In this document: piece by piece, positions 6,629 through 16,268 of the stretch | Numbering within the stretch: the first letter of the stretch is position 1 | How the letters are laid out: the number at the start of each line of letters is the position of its first letter | Assembly (NCBI GenBank): GCA_016181845.1 | Contig: JACOYO010000006.1 | Coordinates: 1-52,447 of the forward strand | DNA: 52,447 nucleotides | Origin: Parcubacteria group bacterium | GTDB taxonomy: Bacteria > Patescibacteriota > Minisyncoccia > Phycocordibacterales > 21-14-all-47-15 | Direction: 5' to 3' | Notes under the pieces: generated by a model | What the model saw: only the letters and a program-made list of their open reading frames with translations | The model's database searches: none | What the model was told of the DNA's origin: nothing | Made by a program: the position numbers and the translations under genes

Positions 6629-7468
6629 CTAGGTTCGTTTTTTCTTGGTACGGCGAGAGACAATGAGAAAATTGGAATACTTTTTTGGACGGCGAGTTTT
6701 GACTCCGCGGATTCCTCTGCCCCAGAGGTTCTTCGGACGGCGCATGCCGGCTCCTTGTCTGCCTTCTCCTCCTCCAAACGGATGGTCTACCGGGTTCATG
6801 GCAGAACCGCGCACTGTCGGACGAATACCCTTCCATCGCGAACGCCCCGCTTTACCGAAATTAACCAGTTTGTGCTCGGCATTTGATACTTCACCAATTG
6901 ACGCCCATGAAGCATCAGGTATTTTTCGTATTTCCCCTGAAGGCATCTTGATGTGCGCGTAACCGGCATCGTTTGCGACAAGCTCGGCGTAGTTGCCCGC
7001 CCCGCGCACGAGTTTCGCGCCGTTATTCGGCTGAAGTTCAATATTAAAAATAAATGTGCCGACCGGAATAAGTTTGAGTGGTAAACGATTTCCCGCTTTT
7101 AATTCGGCATTTTCAGAAATCAAAAACGTATCTCCGACTTTGAGCGATTTTGGCACCAACACATAGCGGCGTTCTCCGTCGGCATAACAGACAAGCGAAA
7201 TAAAGCCCGAGCGATATGGGTCGTATTCAACCGTTTCAATTTTTGCAGGAATATTTTTTTTGTCGTATCTAAAATCAATCAAACGGTGCAAGCGTTTGTG
7301 TCCGCCTCCTTGATGGCGCACGGTAATCCGTCCCGCGCTGTTTCTTCCGGCTCTATTTGCCCTGCCTTTCGTAAGCGGTTTATACGGTTCGGACGCAGTC
7401 AAGACATCACGATATGAAATCGTGCTCATTTGGCGGCGTGATGGAGTTGTCGGGTGATATTTTTTCAT
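6629..7468 (-). CDS. rplB: 50S ribosomal protein L2
   Basis: Full-length L2 sequence (GRNSAGRITVRHQGGGHKR, MNPVDHPFGGGEG). Confidence 0.97.
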   Translation of the reverse strand: MKKYHPTTPSRRQMSTISYRDVLTASEPYKPLTKGRANRAGRNSAGRITVRHQGGGHKRLHRLIDFRYDKKNIPAKIETVEYDPYRSGFISLVCYADGERRYVLVPKSLKVGDTFLISENAELKAGNRLPLKLIPVGTFIFNIELQPNNGAKLVRGAGNYAELVANDAGYAHIKMPSGEIRKIPDASWASIGEVSNAEHKLVNFGKAGRSRWKGIRPTVRGSAMNPVDHPFGGGEGRQGAGMRRPKNLWGRGIRGVKTRRPKKYSNFLIVSRRTKKKRT

Positions 7469-7499
7469 ATTCTATTCATCAATATATATAGCAAAAAAA

Positions 7500-7775
7500 T
7501 TAAAGCGTTTCAATCGTCTCACCCTTTTTAAGAAATACCATCGCTTTCTTTATTTTGGCGGTAAATCCGACATGACCTCGCATAAATACTTTTTTTGACG
7601 GTACCATAATCATGCGCACTTTGCGCGGCGTAACGTTATACAGCAAATGCACTGCCTTAATAACTTCTCGCTTGTTTGCCTTCTGTGCAACCTCAAATAC
7701 ATACACGCCTTTTTCAGAAAGCGATGTGGCTTTTTCGGTAACGCGCGGACGTTTGATTATAGCGTGTTCTTTCAT
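7500..7775 (-). CDS. rplW: 50S ribosomal protein L23
   Basis: L23-like sequence and its position between L4 and L2. Confidence 0.9.
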   Translation of the reverse strand: MKEHAIIKRPRVTEKATSLSEKGVYVFEVAQKANKREVIKAVHLLYNVTPRKVRMIMVPSKKVFMRGHVGFTAKIKKAMVFLKKGETIETL

Positions 7776-7784
7776 GGTATAAAA

Positions 7785-8447
7785 TTAGAGAGATTTCTTT
7801 GCTAAAAAAGCGATTGAAGATTCCGGATTGGTAATTATGAGATACTTATAACGCAATACTTCCATCGGGTTGATATCTTGCAATGCACTCATGCCGACAT
7901 TGGGAAGATTCTGAAAACTTTTTTGGGTATCGCGAGATTCGCCGTTCATTGCCAAAAGCGCGGCATTCTTTGTTTTTTTAACCAGCCCTGGCATTTCTGC
8001 CACGACGCTCAATGTTTTAAGCATAGACTGCGCCGCTTTTGTTTTGGGAGCTGAAAATGAAATAGCATCAACAAACAAAATTTCTTTATCACGCAATTTT
8101 TGAGAGAGCGCGGAGTAGAGCGCTTTGGTGCGCATTTTTTTGTTTAATTTTTTTGCAAAAATCTTTTCATTTGTCGGCCCGTGCGCCACTCCACCTCCCA
8201 CCCAAATCGGCGAACGTGTTGAACCATGCCGCGCGCGGCCGGTGCCTTTCTGCTTCCACGGTTTTTTGCCTCCTCCGCGAACATCGCCGCGGTCTTTCGC
8301 GTGCGCTACCGGAGTGCGCGCGTTTGCCTCCATGGCAACCACTGCCTGATGCACCAAATCGGCATTCCATTTCACGCCAAACACCGCTTCCGGTAAACTC
8401 ACCGTGCCGACTTCTTTGCCTGTTTGATTGTAGATTGTTGCGTTCAT
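7785..8447 (-). CDS. rplD: 50S ribosomal protein L4
   Basis: GGGKKPWKQKGTGRARHGSTRSPIWVGGGVAHGP. Confidence 0.95.
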   Translation of the reverse strand: MNATIYNQTGKEVGTVSLPEAVFGVKWNADLVHQAVVAMEANARTPVAHAKDRGDVRGGGKKPWKQKGTGRARHGSTRSPIWVGGGVAHGPTNEKIFAKKLNKKMRTKALYSALSQKLRDKEILFVDAISFSAPKTKAAQSMLKTLSVVAEMPGLVKKTKNAALLAMNGESRDTQKSFQNLPNVGMSALQDINPMEVLRYKYLIITNPESSIAFLAKKSL

Positions 8448-8462
8448 GAAACTTAAAATATG

Positions 8463-8561
8463 AAAAAATTTTGAATTTTTAATTTTGAATAAATTTTGAA
8501 TGTCTTAATTTAACATTAGGATTTGATTCAAAATTCAAAATTGGAAATTCAAAATTATTTT
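8463..8561. repeat. Word-type spacer (ATTTTGAA octamers) folding into a ~35-bp imperfect hairpin between rplC and rplD
   Basis: The left arm aattttgaatttttaattttgaat is complementary to the right arm attcaaaattggaaattcaaaatt. Confidence 0.7.
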
Positions 8562-8567
8562 ATTATG

Positions 8568-9206
8568 CTATCCTCTGATTTCCAAAAGCGTGCCTCGGCG
8601 GCCTGGAACCGCGCCAGAAACGATAAGCGTTTGTGCTTCCGTGTCGGTGGCGAGTACCGTCAGATTTTTTATCTGAATTCGGTCGCCGCCCATACGTCCC
8701 GCCATCCGCATTCCTCTGATAACCCTGCCCCCGGCGCGTCCTCCGCCTCCGATAGAACCCGGCTCGCGTTCTGAATGTTTTTGCCCGTGCGAACGCGGCC
8801 CGCCCTTAAATCCATGCCGCTTTACCACCCCTTGAAATCCTTTTCCTTTTGAAACCCCAGCAACGCTTACCATGTCTCCTTTGGAGAAAACAGAAACATC
8901 AATGCTGTTTCCGACTGCGACACCATCCAAACCGCCAGATGTCTTTGGACGAAATTCTTTCGCGTGCTGAAAAAAACCTTTGTCTCCAAAATGCCCTTTT
9001 TGCGCTTTTGTAAGACGTTTGCCGCTTGTTGTCCCATATCCGACTTGCACCGCTTCATAGCCGTCTTTTTCTTTGCTGCGGATTTGCGTGACCACAATCG
9101 GGCCTGCGGAAATAACCGTCGCGGGATGCACCGTGCCGTTTTCATCAAACACTTGCGTCATGTATTGTTTTTTTCCAAGAATGTATTTCATTTTGTTTAG
9201 AATCAT
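8568..9206 (-). CDS. rplC: 50S ribosomal protein L3
   Basis: L3 sequence (GKKQYMTQVFDENG..., FKGGPRSHGQKHSEREPGSIGG). The start could be the second Met at 9191. Confidence 0.95.
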   Translation of the reverse strand: MILNKMKYILGKKQYMTQVFDENGTVHPATVISAGPIVVTQIRSKEKDGYEAVQVGYGTTSGKRLTKAQKGHFGDKGFFQHAKEFRPKTSGGLDGVAVGNSIDVSVFSKGDMVSVAGVSKGKGFQGVVKRHGFKGGPRSHGQKHSEREPGSIGGGGRAGGRVIRGMRMAGRMGGDRIQIKNLTVLATDTEAQTLIVSGAVPGRRGTLLEIRG

Positions 9207-9262
9207 GAATTAGGAAGCAAGAATCAGGAACAAAAAACTGCAAAACAATTTTTTGTAACGGC

Positions 9263-9345
9263 AAGACGTCCGACCTCTGATGTGGTAATTACTTTATTTA
9301 TTATAGCCAATGCCGATGTTTTACCACTGCAGAGGTCGGACGTCT
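9263..9345 (-). repeat. Palindromic element, copy F, inverted orientation, inside the S10 operon between rpsJ and rplC
   Basis: Reverse complement of the core: AGACGTCCGACCTCTGATGTGGTAATTAC...TTACCACTGCAGAGGTCGGACGTCT. Confidence 0.85.
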
Positions 9346-9362
9346 TATGATTCGCGATCCAC

Positions 9363-9758
9363 TTAAAGCATCTTCACGTCAATATTTACCCCCGACGGCA
9401 AGTTTAAGTTTGTCAACGCCTCTATCACGTTTGCCGCCGGATTTAAGATGTCAATCAAACGCTTGTGCACTCGCATTTCAAATTGTTCTCGCGCATTTTT
9501 ATATACGAATGCGGCGCGATTGACGGTGTATTTCTTAATCTCGGTCGGTAGAGGCACCGGCCCAACTATGGTTGCGCCGTACCGAAGCGCGGTATCAATA
9601 ATCTGCTTCACCGAATTATCAAGCACTTTGTGTTCATAGGCCTGAACGCGAATGCGCAATTTTGCGATGGCTTCTTCTTTTTTCTGACGAGGTTTCGCCT
9701 TCAGCGTTGCGGCTTTCGGAGTCTTCGCGATTTTTTTTATTTTTGTTTCAGTGGGCAT
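9363..9758 (-). CDS. rpsJ: 30S ribosomal protein S10 with a ~30-aa Lys-rich N-terminal extension
   Basis: The S10 core begins RIRVQAYEHKVLD. The ORF is 131 aa, whereas S10 is usually ~100 aa. Confidence 0.93.
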   Translation of the reverse strand: MPTETKIKKIAKTPKAATLKAKPRQKKEEAIAKLRIRVQAYEHKVLDNSVKQIIDTALRYGATIVGPVPLPTEIKKYTVNRAAFVYKNAREQFEMRVHKRLIDILNPAANVIEALTNLNLPSGVNIDVKML

Positions 9759-9785
9759 ATCGGTAACCGAAATGATACGGCGATA

Positions 9786-10979
9786 TTATTTTACAATTTT
9801 CGTTACAACTCCGGCGCCGACAGTCTTGCCACCTTCACGGATAGCAAACCGCTGTTTTGCTTCAAGAGCGACAGGTGAAATGAGTTTTACGGTAAATGTA
9901 ACTGTGTCCCCTGGCATAACCATTTCCCGCCCTTCAGGCAACGTAACCTCACCAGTCACATCCGTCGTTCGGATGTAGAATTGTGGTTTATAGCCCTTGA
10001 AGAACGGTGTGTGTCGTCCGCCTTCTTCTTTCTTCAAGATGTAGACTTCCGCTTCAAAGTCGGTGTGCGGAGTTACCGAGCCGATTTTCGCAAGCACTTG
10101 CCCGCGGGTGATGTCTTCTTTCTTGGTTCCTCGGAGGAGGATTCCGGCGTTGTCGCCAGCCATTCCTTCATCAAGCGACTTGTTGAACATTTCAATACCG
10201 GTAACTGTCGTTTTTGCCGTATCTTTGAGTCCGATGATTTCAATTTCTTCTCCTACTTTGATTTTTCCGCGTTCAATACGTCCGGTGGCTACCGTGCCGC
10301 GTCCTTCAATGGAGAAGATGTCTTCCACCGGCATAAGAAACGGCTTATCAACTTCGCGCACCGGTACAGGAATATATTCATCGAGCGCTTTTGCCAAATC
10401 AAGAATCTTTTTTGCCCATTCATCATCAACCGATTTCGCTTCAAGCGCTTTGAGCGCCGAGCCGCGGATAACCGGCGCGGTGTCTCCTTCGTACTGATAC
10501 TTGTTGAGCAATTCTCGAACTTCCGCCTCTACGAGGTCAATCAAGTCAGGGTCGTCAACCATGTCTACTTTGTTTAAGAAGACAATGATTTTTGGCACGC
10601 CGACTTGGCGCGCAAGCAAAATGTGCTCGCGAGTCTGCGGCATCACGCCGTCTGTCGCGGCAACGACCAAAATCGCGCCGTCCATTTGCGCGGCGCCGGT
10701 AATCATGTTTTTAATATAGTCGGCGTGTCCAGGCGCGTCTATGTGCGCGTAGTGCCGAGCATCAGTTGAATACTCGTTGTGTGAAAGCGCGATGGTAATA
10801 CCTCGAGCTTTTTCTTCCGGAGCCGAGTCAATCTGGTCAACTCCTTTTAGTTTTACTTGCTTGCCCGCCAAGTTCAATACATTGAGAATTGCGGCGGTAA
10901 GAGTGGTCTTGCCGTGGTCAACGTGGCCGATAGTGCCTACGTTTACGTGTGGCTTTGACCGGTCAAATGCTTCTGCCAT
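9786..10979 (-). CDS. tuf: Elongation factor Tu
   Basis: [15 protein letters not shown] and NKVD motifs; 397 aa. Confidence 0.98.
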   Translation of the reverse strand: MAEAFDRSKPHVNVGTIGHVDHGKTTLTAAILNVLNLAGKQVKLKGVDQIDSAPEEKARGITIALSHNEYSTDARHYAHIDAPGHADYIKNMITGAAQMDGAILVVAATDGVMPQTREHILLARQVGVPKIIVFLNKVDMVDDPDLIDLVEAEVRELLNKYQYEGDTAPVIRGSALKALEAKSVDDEWAKKILDLAKALDEYIPVPVREVDKPFLMPVEDIFSIEGRGTVATGRIERGKIKVGEEIEIIGLKDTAKTTVTGIEMFNKSLDEGMAGDNAGILLRGTKKEDITRGQVLAKIGSVTPHTDFEAEVYILKKEEGGRHTPFFKGYKPQFYIRTTDVTGEVTLPEGREMVMPGDTVTFTVKLISPVALEAKQRFAIREGGKTVGAGVVTKIVK

Positions 10980-11078
10980 AAAGTTTTTAGCGACGAAACA
11001 TTACTCTGCGAGAACAGATGGGTAATGTTTTGCCGTTAGTTACATGCTAAATTATTAATAATATATGTTTCGTCTTCG

Positions 11079-11175
11079 CTCCTTACAGGAGCAGTACACC
11101 TTTTGGATATATTTTCGCTTTCGGCTCAAATCTATCTCAAAAGGTCTTGCGCCGCTCCATGTATTCGCGCCGCAA
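11079..11175 (-). repeat. Three-hairpin structured module (H3-CAGTACA-H2-H1 family), stand-alone copy
   Basis: CTCCTtacaGGAG + CAGTACA + ACCTTTTGGATATATTTT..AAATCTATCTCAAAAGGT + TTGCGCCGC..GCGCCGCAA. Same architecture as the units next to tRNA-Leu(GAG) and downstream of rplK. Confidence 0.7.
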
Positions 11176-11176
11176 C

Positions 11177-11228
11177 GGACGAAATGAGAATTGCGACTCT
11201 CATTTCGCTCCTCGTTAGCCGAAATAAA
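11177..11228 (-). repeat. GAAATGAGA palindrome repeat, copy 2 (inverted relative to 4403-4453)
   Basis: ggacGAAATGAGAATtgcgACTCTCATTTCgctcctcgttagccgaaataaa. Confidence 0.8.
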
Positions 11229-11451
11229 CAACCTATGTCGCATGCAGTGCTTTATTTTTTGTGTTTTTCTTTCAACCCGCCTGCATACACGATGCAGGCG
11301 TCGTGAAAAAACAAAAAAACGCACTTCTGCGATAGTGCGTATATCATAACGCAATAGAAACCCCGCTGTCAAGCAATTGTACAGCGGGGTTAGTTTCAAA
11401 AAATTTTCTGCGAAGTCTGTGAAGGACGGCCCTTCACAGAGATTCTCCTGC

Positions 11452-12636
11452 TCATCTCCTGCGCGGATTAGGCGTCCGAGAGGAAATAGAGGGGTCTCTT
11501 TTTTCAATCGTGACAGACATGGTTTCTTTTTTACCATTTCTCCATATCTCAACAGGAACCGATGTCCCAGGGCGCACCGATGCGACCAATTTTGGGAAAT
11601 CTTCCGATGAAGCAATGGGCACTCCATTGAAAGAAAGAACTACATCTTCGCGTTTGATGCCGGCTTTTTCGGCCGGACCGTCTTTGATTGCCTCTTTCAC
11701 GACCGCGCCAGAATTAGTTTCCAATTTGAACAGTTTCATGAGTTCCGGCGTAACCGGTTGAAACATGATTCCGAGCCATCCGCGAGTGATACTCCCTGTT
11801 TCTTTCAGTTGCGGGAGGGCTTCTTTTATCATATTGATCGGAACGGAAAACCCGATTCCGACATTTCCGCCACGTTCCCCGCCGCCTATAATCGCGGTGT
11901 TCATGCCAATCACCTCACCTTTGGTGTTGATGAGCGGCCCGCCGCTATTGCCGGGATTTATGGAGGCGTCGGTTTGGATAAAGTCGTCGTACGCTTCCCC
12001 TGTCACACCACGACGTCCTTTGGCGCTCACGATGCCTACCGTCACGGAATGATTGAGCCCAAAAGGACTGCCTACCGCCATCACCCATTCACCAACCTTA
12101 AGCGCGCCAGAGTCGCCCATTGGCACGGTCGGAAAAGAAGTTCCTTCAATTTTAATCACCGCGATGTCCGTTGGGGGGTCAGTACCAATCACTTTCGCTT
12201 CATAGGATTTTTCACCGACAAATACTTTGATTTCGGATGCGTCATTTACCACATGATTATTGGTAACGACGTATCCATCCGCGCTAATAATAAATCCTGA
12301 ACCTCCGCCAACACCACCGCGTGGTGGTTGCAGTGGGTCTTCTGGCACATTAAAGGGCGATTGCCCGGGACCGCCAAAAGGCGGTGTGGAAGGAATATCT
12401 TTTCCCCCCGGGTCAGTCGGCACTTCAATAGTTTCTTCTTGTGGCTGTCCACCGTACCTGACTTGGACGCTGACCACAACCGGCAGTGCCTTTTCCGCCA
12501 TTCTCACAAACAACTGTGTATCTGCCATGGCGTTAATACCGACAATCGCGCCATCTTTTGCTATCGGTACCGTGCTACAACCAGCTGCGGCAAAAGATAC
12601 CATTACTGCTACTGCTAAAAGAAAGAATCTTCTCAC
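11452..12636 (-). CDS. htrA: HtrA/DegP-family serine protease with a PDZ domain; lipoprotein-type signal peptide
   Basis: TNNHV, DIAVIK and GNSGGPL catalytic triad context, with a C-terminal PDZ-like region. The best start is GTG at 12636, preceded by aaGGAGGgcaac. Signal RRFFLLAVAVMVSFAAAGC. Confidence 0.85.
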   Translation of the reverse strand: MRRFFLLAVAVMVSFAAAGCSTVPIAKDGAIVGINAMADTQLFVRMAEKALPVVVSVQVRYGGQPQEETIEVPTDPGGKDIPSTPPFGGPGQSPFNVPEDPLQPPRGGVGGGSGFIISADGYVVTNNHVVNDASEIKVFVGEKSYEAKVIGTDPPTDIAVIKIEGTSFPTVPMGDSGALKVGEWVMAVGSPFGLNHSVTVGIVSAKGRRGVTGEAYDDFIQTDASINPGNSGGPLINTKGEVIGMNTAIIGGGERGGNVGIGFSVPINMIKEALPQLKETGSITRGWLGIMFQPVTPELMKLFKLETNSGAVVKEAIKDGPAEKAGIKREDVVLSFNGVPIASSEDFPKLVASVRPGTSVPVEIWRNGKKETMSVTIEKRDPSISSRTPNPRRR

Positions 12637-12747
12637 GTTGCCCTCCTTATGGTTAAAGACAAAAAACACTCACAACGTCTCTTATTCAAGAACTATAGAA
12701 AATGGGATGAAATGTCAATGGCATAACATGACGCGCATTCCTAAGCC

Positions 12748-12784
12748 AAAAATTACTTGGACGTCCGACGTCCAAGTAATTTTT
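12748..12784 (-). terminator. Palindromic terminator-like hairpin downstream of fusA
   Basis: aaaaattacttggacgtc-c-gacgtccaagtaattttt: A-run, hairpin, T-run. Confidence 0.5.
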
Positions 12785-12823
12785 GTGGTTGTTTTGATAT
12801 TTTTATTTTCTTTATTTTTTTCT

Positions 12824-14962
12824 TTATTTTCGCGCTTCAATAATTGTCTGCGCGACATTTTGCGGCACAATCGCATAACTATCAAACTCCATTACATAAT
12901 TAGCGCGACCTTCGGTGAGCGAGCGGAGCGTCGTGATGTAGCCAAACATTTCTGAGAGCGGCACTTTTGCTTTAATGACCTTAAACATCGCGCGGTCTTC
13001 CATGCCTTCAATCTGCGCGCGGCGCGAACTCAAGTTGCCGGTAATGTCGCCCATGAATTTTTCGGGCGTGGAAACTTCCACGCGCATGATTGGTTCCAAA
13101 AGCACCGGCTTTGCTCGTTTTGCCGCGTCTTGAAACGCCATTGACGCCGCGATTTTGAACGCGATTTCTGAAGAGTCAACGTCGTGGAACGAACCGTCAT
13201 AGAGCTCTGCGGAAATATCCGTCATCTTATAGCCGGCAACGACACCGCGTTCCATTCCTTCTTTGATTCCTTTTTCAGATGGAGTAATAAACTCCTGCGG
13301 AATAACCCCGCCTTTGATAGAGTCAATAAATTCAAACCCGGGATATCGTCTAATATTTTTCGGCACCTTCGCTTCAGGGTCAATTTTTTCAAGCGGCTTG
13401 ATTCTCAATCTCACATGTCCGTACTGCCCGCGGCCGCCCGATTGCTTGATGTATTTCCCTTCCGCTTCAGCCGGTATCGTGATGGTTTCCTTGTACGCCA
13501 CTTGCGGCTTGCCGACATTTGCCTCCACCTTAAACTCCCGCTTCATGCGGTCAACAATGACATCCAGGTGAAGCTCTCCCATGCCCCAGATAACGGTTTC
13601 CAATGTTTCCGGGTCAGAGGTAATCCTGAAAGTCGGGTCCTCATCGGAGAGACGTTTCAGCGCCATGCCCATTTTTTCCTGGTCGGCTTTTGTTTTCGGT
13701 TCAATACGCATTGATACCACCGGCTCGGGGAAAACAATTTTCTCAAGAATAATCGGATGCGCTTCATCGCAGAGCGTATCGCCCGTGGTCGTGTCTTTCA
13801 GCCCCACCGCGGCGGCAATTTCTCCCGCGTACACCTGCTTCACTTCTTCGCGATGGTTGGCATGCATCCGCAAAATACGCCCGATGCGCTCTTTTTTGTC
13901 TTTGCTTGAATTGTAGACATACGAACCAGATTCAAGCGTGCCTGAATAGACGCGGAAATAGGTGAGCTGTCCCACAAACGGGTCGGACCACAATTTGAAC
14001 GCGAGCGCAGAAAACGGCTCCTCATCGCTTGAGTGGCGCACTTCCTCTTTGTCTGTTTCCGGATTTATTCCTTTGAAAGGCGGGATGTCCAAAGGCGACG
14101 GCAAGTAATCAATCACTCCATCAAGCACGAGCTGGACGCCGATATTTTTCAGAGCGGAGCCCGCAAACACCGGCACGAGCGCGCCGGTAAGTGTCGCCTT
14201 GCGCAGGGTTTGTTTCAATTCAGCGAGTGGAATTTCTTTTCCCTCCAGATACGCGTTCATTTGCGTCTCATTGTTTTCAACAATTTTTTCAATCAGCTCA
14301 CGGCGATATTTCTCCGCGTCAGATTTCAATTCATCGGGAATAAGAATCTCTTTTATTTCGTTCCCCATGTTTCCTTCAAATAGGTATCCTTTCATCGTGA
14401 GCAAATCAATCACTCCGCGATGTTTTTCTTCTTCGCCGATAGGAATCTGCATCCGCACCGCGTGTTTGGTGAGACGGTCAAGAATCGTATGATAGGAACG
14501 TTCAAAAGAGGCGCCGGTACGGTCCAGTTTATTTATAAAACAGATACGAGGCACATGATATTTGTCTGCTTGGCGCCACACGGTTTCAGATTGCGGCTCA
14601 ACGCCGGCAACTCCGTCAAAAACAACAACGCCTCCGTCAAGCACTTTGAGAGAGCGTTCAACTTCTACAGTGAAATCAACGTGTCCGGGTGTGTCAATAA
14701 TGTTGATGCGATGTTTGAAAGACGCGTCTTTGCCCGCGTAGGTCGGCGTCCAAAAAGCGGTCGTGGCCGCTGATGTAATCGTGATGCCACGCTCTTGCTC
14801 CTGCTCCATCCAGTCCATAACCGCCGCGCCCTCGTGCACTTCGCCGATTTTGTGCGATACTCCGGTATAAAAAAGCACCCGCTCGGTAGTGGTTGTCTTC
14901 CCCGCGTCAATGTGCGCGATGATGCCGATATTTCGTACTTTTTCCAGTGGATAATCTCTCAT
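12824..14962 (-). CDS. fusA: Elongation factor G
   Basis: [21 protein letters not shown]; 712 aa. Confidence 0.98.
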   Translation of the reverse strand: MRDYPLEKVRNIGIIAHIDAGKTTTTERVLFYTGVSHKIGEVHEGAAVMDWMEQEQERGITITSAATTAFWTPTYAGKDASFKHRINIIDTPGHVDFTVEVERSLKVLDGGVVVFDGVAGVEPQSETVWRQADKYHVPRICFINKLDRTGASFERSYHTILDRLTKHAVRMQIPIGEEEKHRGVIDLLTMKGYLFEGNMGNEIKEILIPDELKSDAEKYRRELIEKIVENNETQMNAYLEGKEIPLAELKQTLRKATLTGALVPVFAGSALKNIGVQLVLDGVIDYLPSPLDIPPFKGINPETDKEEVRHSSDEEPFSALAFKLWSDPFVGQLTYFRVYSGTLESGSYVYNSSKDKKERIGRILRMHANHREEVKQVYAGEIAAAVGLKDTTTGDTLCDEAHPIILEKIVFPEPVVSMRIEPKTKADQEKMGMALKRLSDEDPTFRITSDPETLETVIWGMGELHLDVIVDRMKREFKVEANVGKPQVAYKETITIPAEAEGKYIKQSGGRGQYGHVRLRIKPLEKIDPEAKVPKNIRRYPGFEFIDSIKGGVIPQEFITPSEKGIKEGMERGVVAGYKMTDISAELYDGSFHDVDSSEIAFKIAASMAFQDAAKRAKPVLLEPIMRVEVSTPEKFMGDITGNLSSRRAQIEGMEDRAMFKVIKAKVPLSEMFGYITTLRSLTEGRANYVMEFDSYAIVPQNVAQTIIEARK

Positions 14963-15074
14963 TGTTTTATGAATTATGAATCAAGAATCATGATTTATGA
15001 ATAAAAAATCGCAAAGCGATTTTTTACATTTCCAATTCATAATTCCTAATTCGTGATTCTTGATTCCTAACAAA
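14963..15074. repeat. Word-type spacer (GAATCAT/GAATTAT heptamers) forming inverted arms around a central aaaaaatcgc-aaa-gcgatttttt hairpin
   Basis: Tandem heptamers ttatgaa ttatgaa tcaagaa tcatgat on the left; cataatt cctaatt cgtgatt cttgatt on the right. The arms are partly complementary. Confidence 0.7.
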
Positions 15075-15545
15075 CTACCACGCAAAATGGGCAAATGCTT
15101 TGTTTGCTTCAGCCATTTTGTGCGTGTTCTCTCTTTTCTTAACCGACTCGCCTTCGTTTTTGCTTGCGGCGATCAATTCATCGGCAAGACGACGGTGCAT
15201 CGGCACTCCTTTTTTATTTCTAGCCGATTCAACAATCCAGCGCATCGCAAGCGAAAGCCGCCGCTCGGCTCGCACTTCGCGCGGCACTTGATAGTTGGCA
15301 CCGCCGACACGGCGAGACCGGACTTCCATAAGCGGGCCGACATTTTTGAGCGCTTCCTCAAATACTTCAACCGGGCTGGCGTCATTTGTTTTTTCTTTAA
15401 TCAAATCAAACGCGCCGTACACGACATTTCGCGCCGCATTTTTTTTGCCGCGGGTCATAAGGTAATTGATAAACTTCCCCACTTTTGGAGAATCATAAAC
15501 GCGGTCTGGTCCCGGAATATTTCGATTTTTAACTGGTCTTCGCAT
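15075..15545 (-). CDS. rpsG: 30S ribosomal protein S7
   Basis: S7 sequence, 156 aa. Confidence 0.96.
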   Translation of the reverse strand: MRRPVKNRNIPGPDRVYDSPKVGKFINYLMTRGKKNAARNVVYGAFDLIKEKTNDASPVEVFEEALKNVGPLMEVRSRRVGGANYQVPREVRAERRLSLAMRWIVESARNKKGVPMHRRLADELIAASKNEGESVKKRENTHKMAEANKAFAHFAW

Positions 15546-15619
15546 AATATATTAGCTTATTAGGTTTTTGCTTGTTAGCTTTTTAGGAATTCCCATAACG
15601 CCCCTAACAAGCTGAAAAA

Positions 15620-16033
15620 TTATTTTACTTTCGGGCGCTTCGCGCCGTATTGGCTTCGTCCTTTCATTCGTTTATCAACGCCGGTCGCGTCAAGCTTGCC
15701 ACGCACGATTGTGTAGCGCACGCCGATGTCTTTTACCCGGCCGCCACGCACCACCACCACCGAGTGCTCCTGCAACGCGTGACCGATGCCCGGGATATAG
15801 GCTGTGATTTCCATGCCATTCGTCAAGCGCACACGAGCAACCTTTCGGATAGCCGAGTTTGGTTTTTTGGGAGTCGTGGTCGTCACTTTGGTGCACACGC
15901 CGCGTTTGAACGGCGATGGATAAAAAATCGGACGATTTTTAAGCGTATTAAAACCGCGCGCCAAAGCAACCGCTTTTGATTTCCGATTTACTTTTCTCCG
16001 TTTATTTTTTACTAATTGATTTATCGTTGACAT
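15620..16033 (-). CDS. rpsL: 30S ribosomal protein S12
   Basis: [20 protein letters not shown]. Confidence 0.97.
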   Translation of the reverse strand: MSTINQLVKNKRRKVNRKSKAVALARGFNTLKNRPIFYPSPFKRGVCTKVTTTTPKKPNSAIRKVARVRLTNGMEITAYIPGIGHALQEHSVVVVRGGRVKDIGVRYTIVRGKLDATGVDKRMKGRSQYGAKRPKVK

Positions 16034-16146
16034 ATCGATACGTTTTCTTTGTTTTTTTCTTCAATCAAGTATCTGTAAAGATAATATATAACACCAAAAA
16101 AGGCAAGCCGCGCTGACTTCGCTAACCTCTCTAACCTCGCTAACTT

Positions 16147-16184
16147 ACTCTTACTATTTTCGCGGTCGCGAAAATAGTAAGAGT
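16147..16184. repeat. 38-bp palindrome ACTCTTACTATTTTCGCG-GT-CGCGAAAATAGTAAGAGT, copy 1, ~115 bp upstream of rpsL
   Basis: Near-identical copies at 43303-43342 (same centre, GT) and 44036-44073 (centre AC, i.e. inverted). Confidence 0.9.
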
Positions 16185-16268
16185 ATGAAAGTCTGTTGAT
16201 GTCTTGTTGGGGTCAAGTTTCAACAGGTTGTGGTCAGACATCAACAGAGTAAGCAACGTGACGGAGTG

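Noticed and set aside
11055-11627. 190-aa minus-strand ORF between htrA and tuf.
   Set aside because: It overlaps the 3' end of htrA in another frame and otherwise translates the repeat and hairpin region. The sequence is Cys/Arg-rich and implausible.
12260-12955. 231-aa plus-strand ORF, and other long plus-strand ORFs within fusA, tuf, ileS and argS.
   Set aside because: All are antisense to genes with unambiguous family motifs. They are shadow ORFs in GC-moderate coding DNA.
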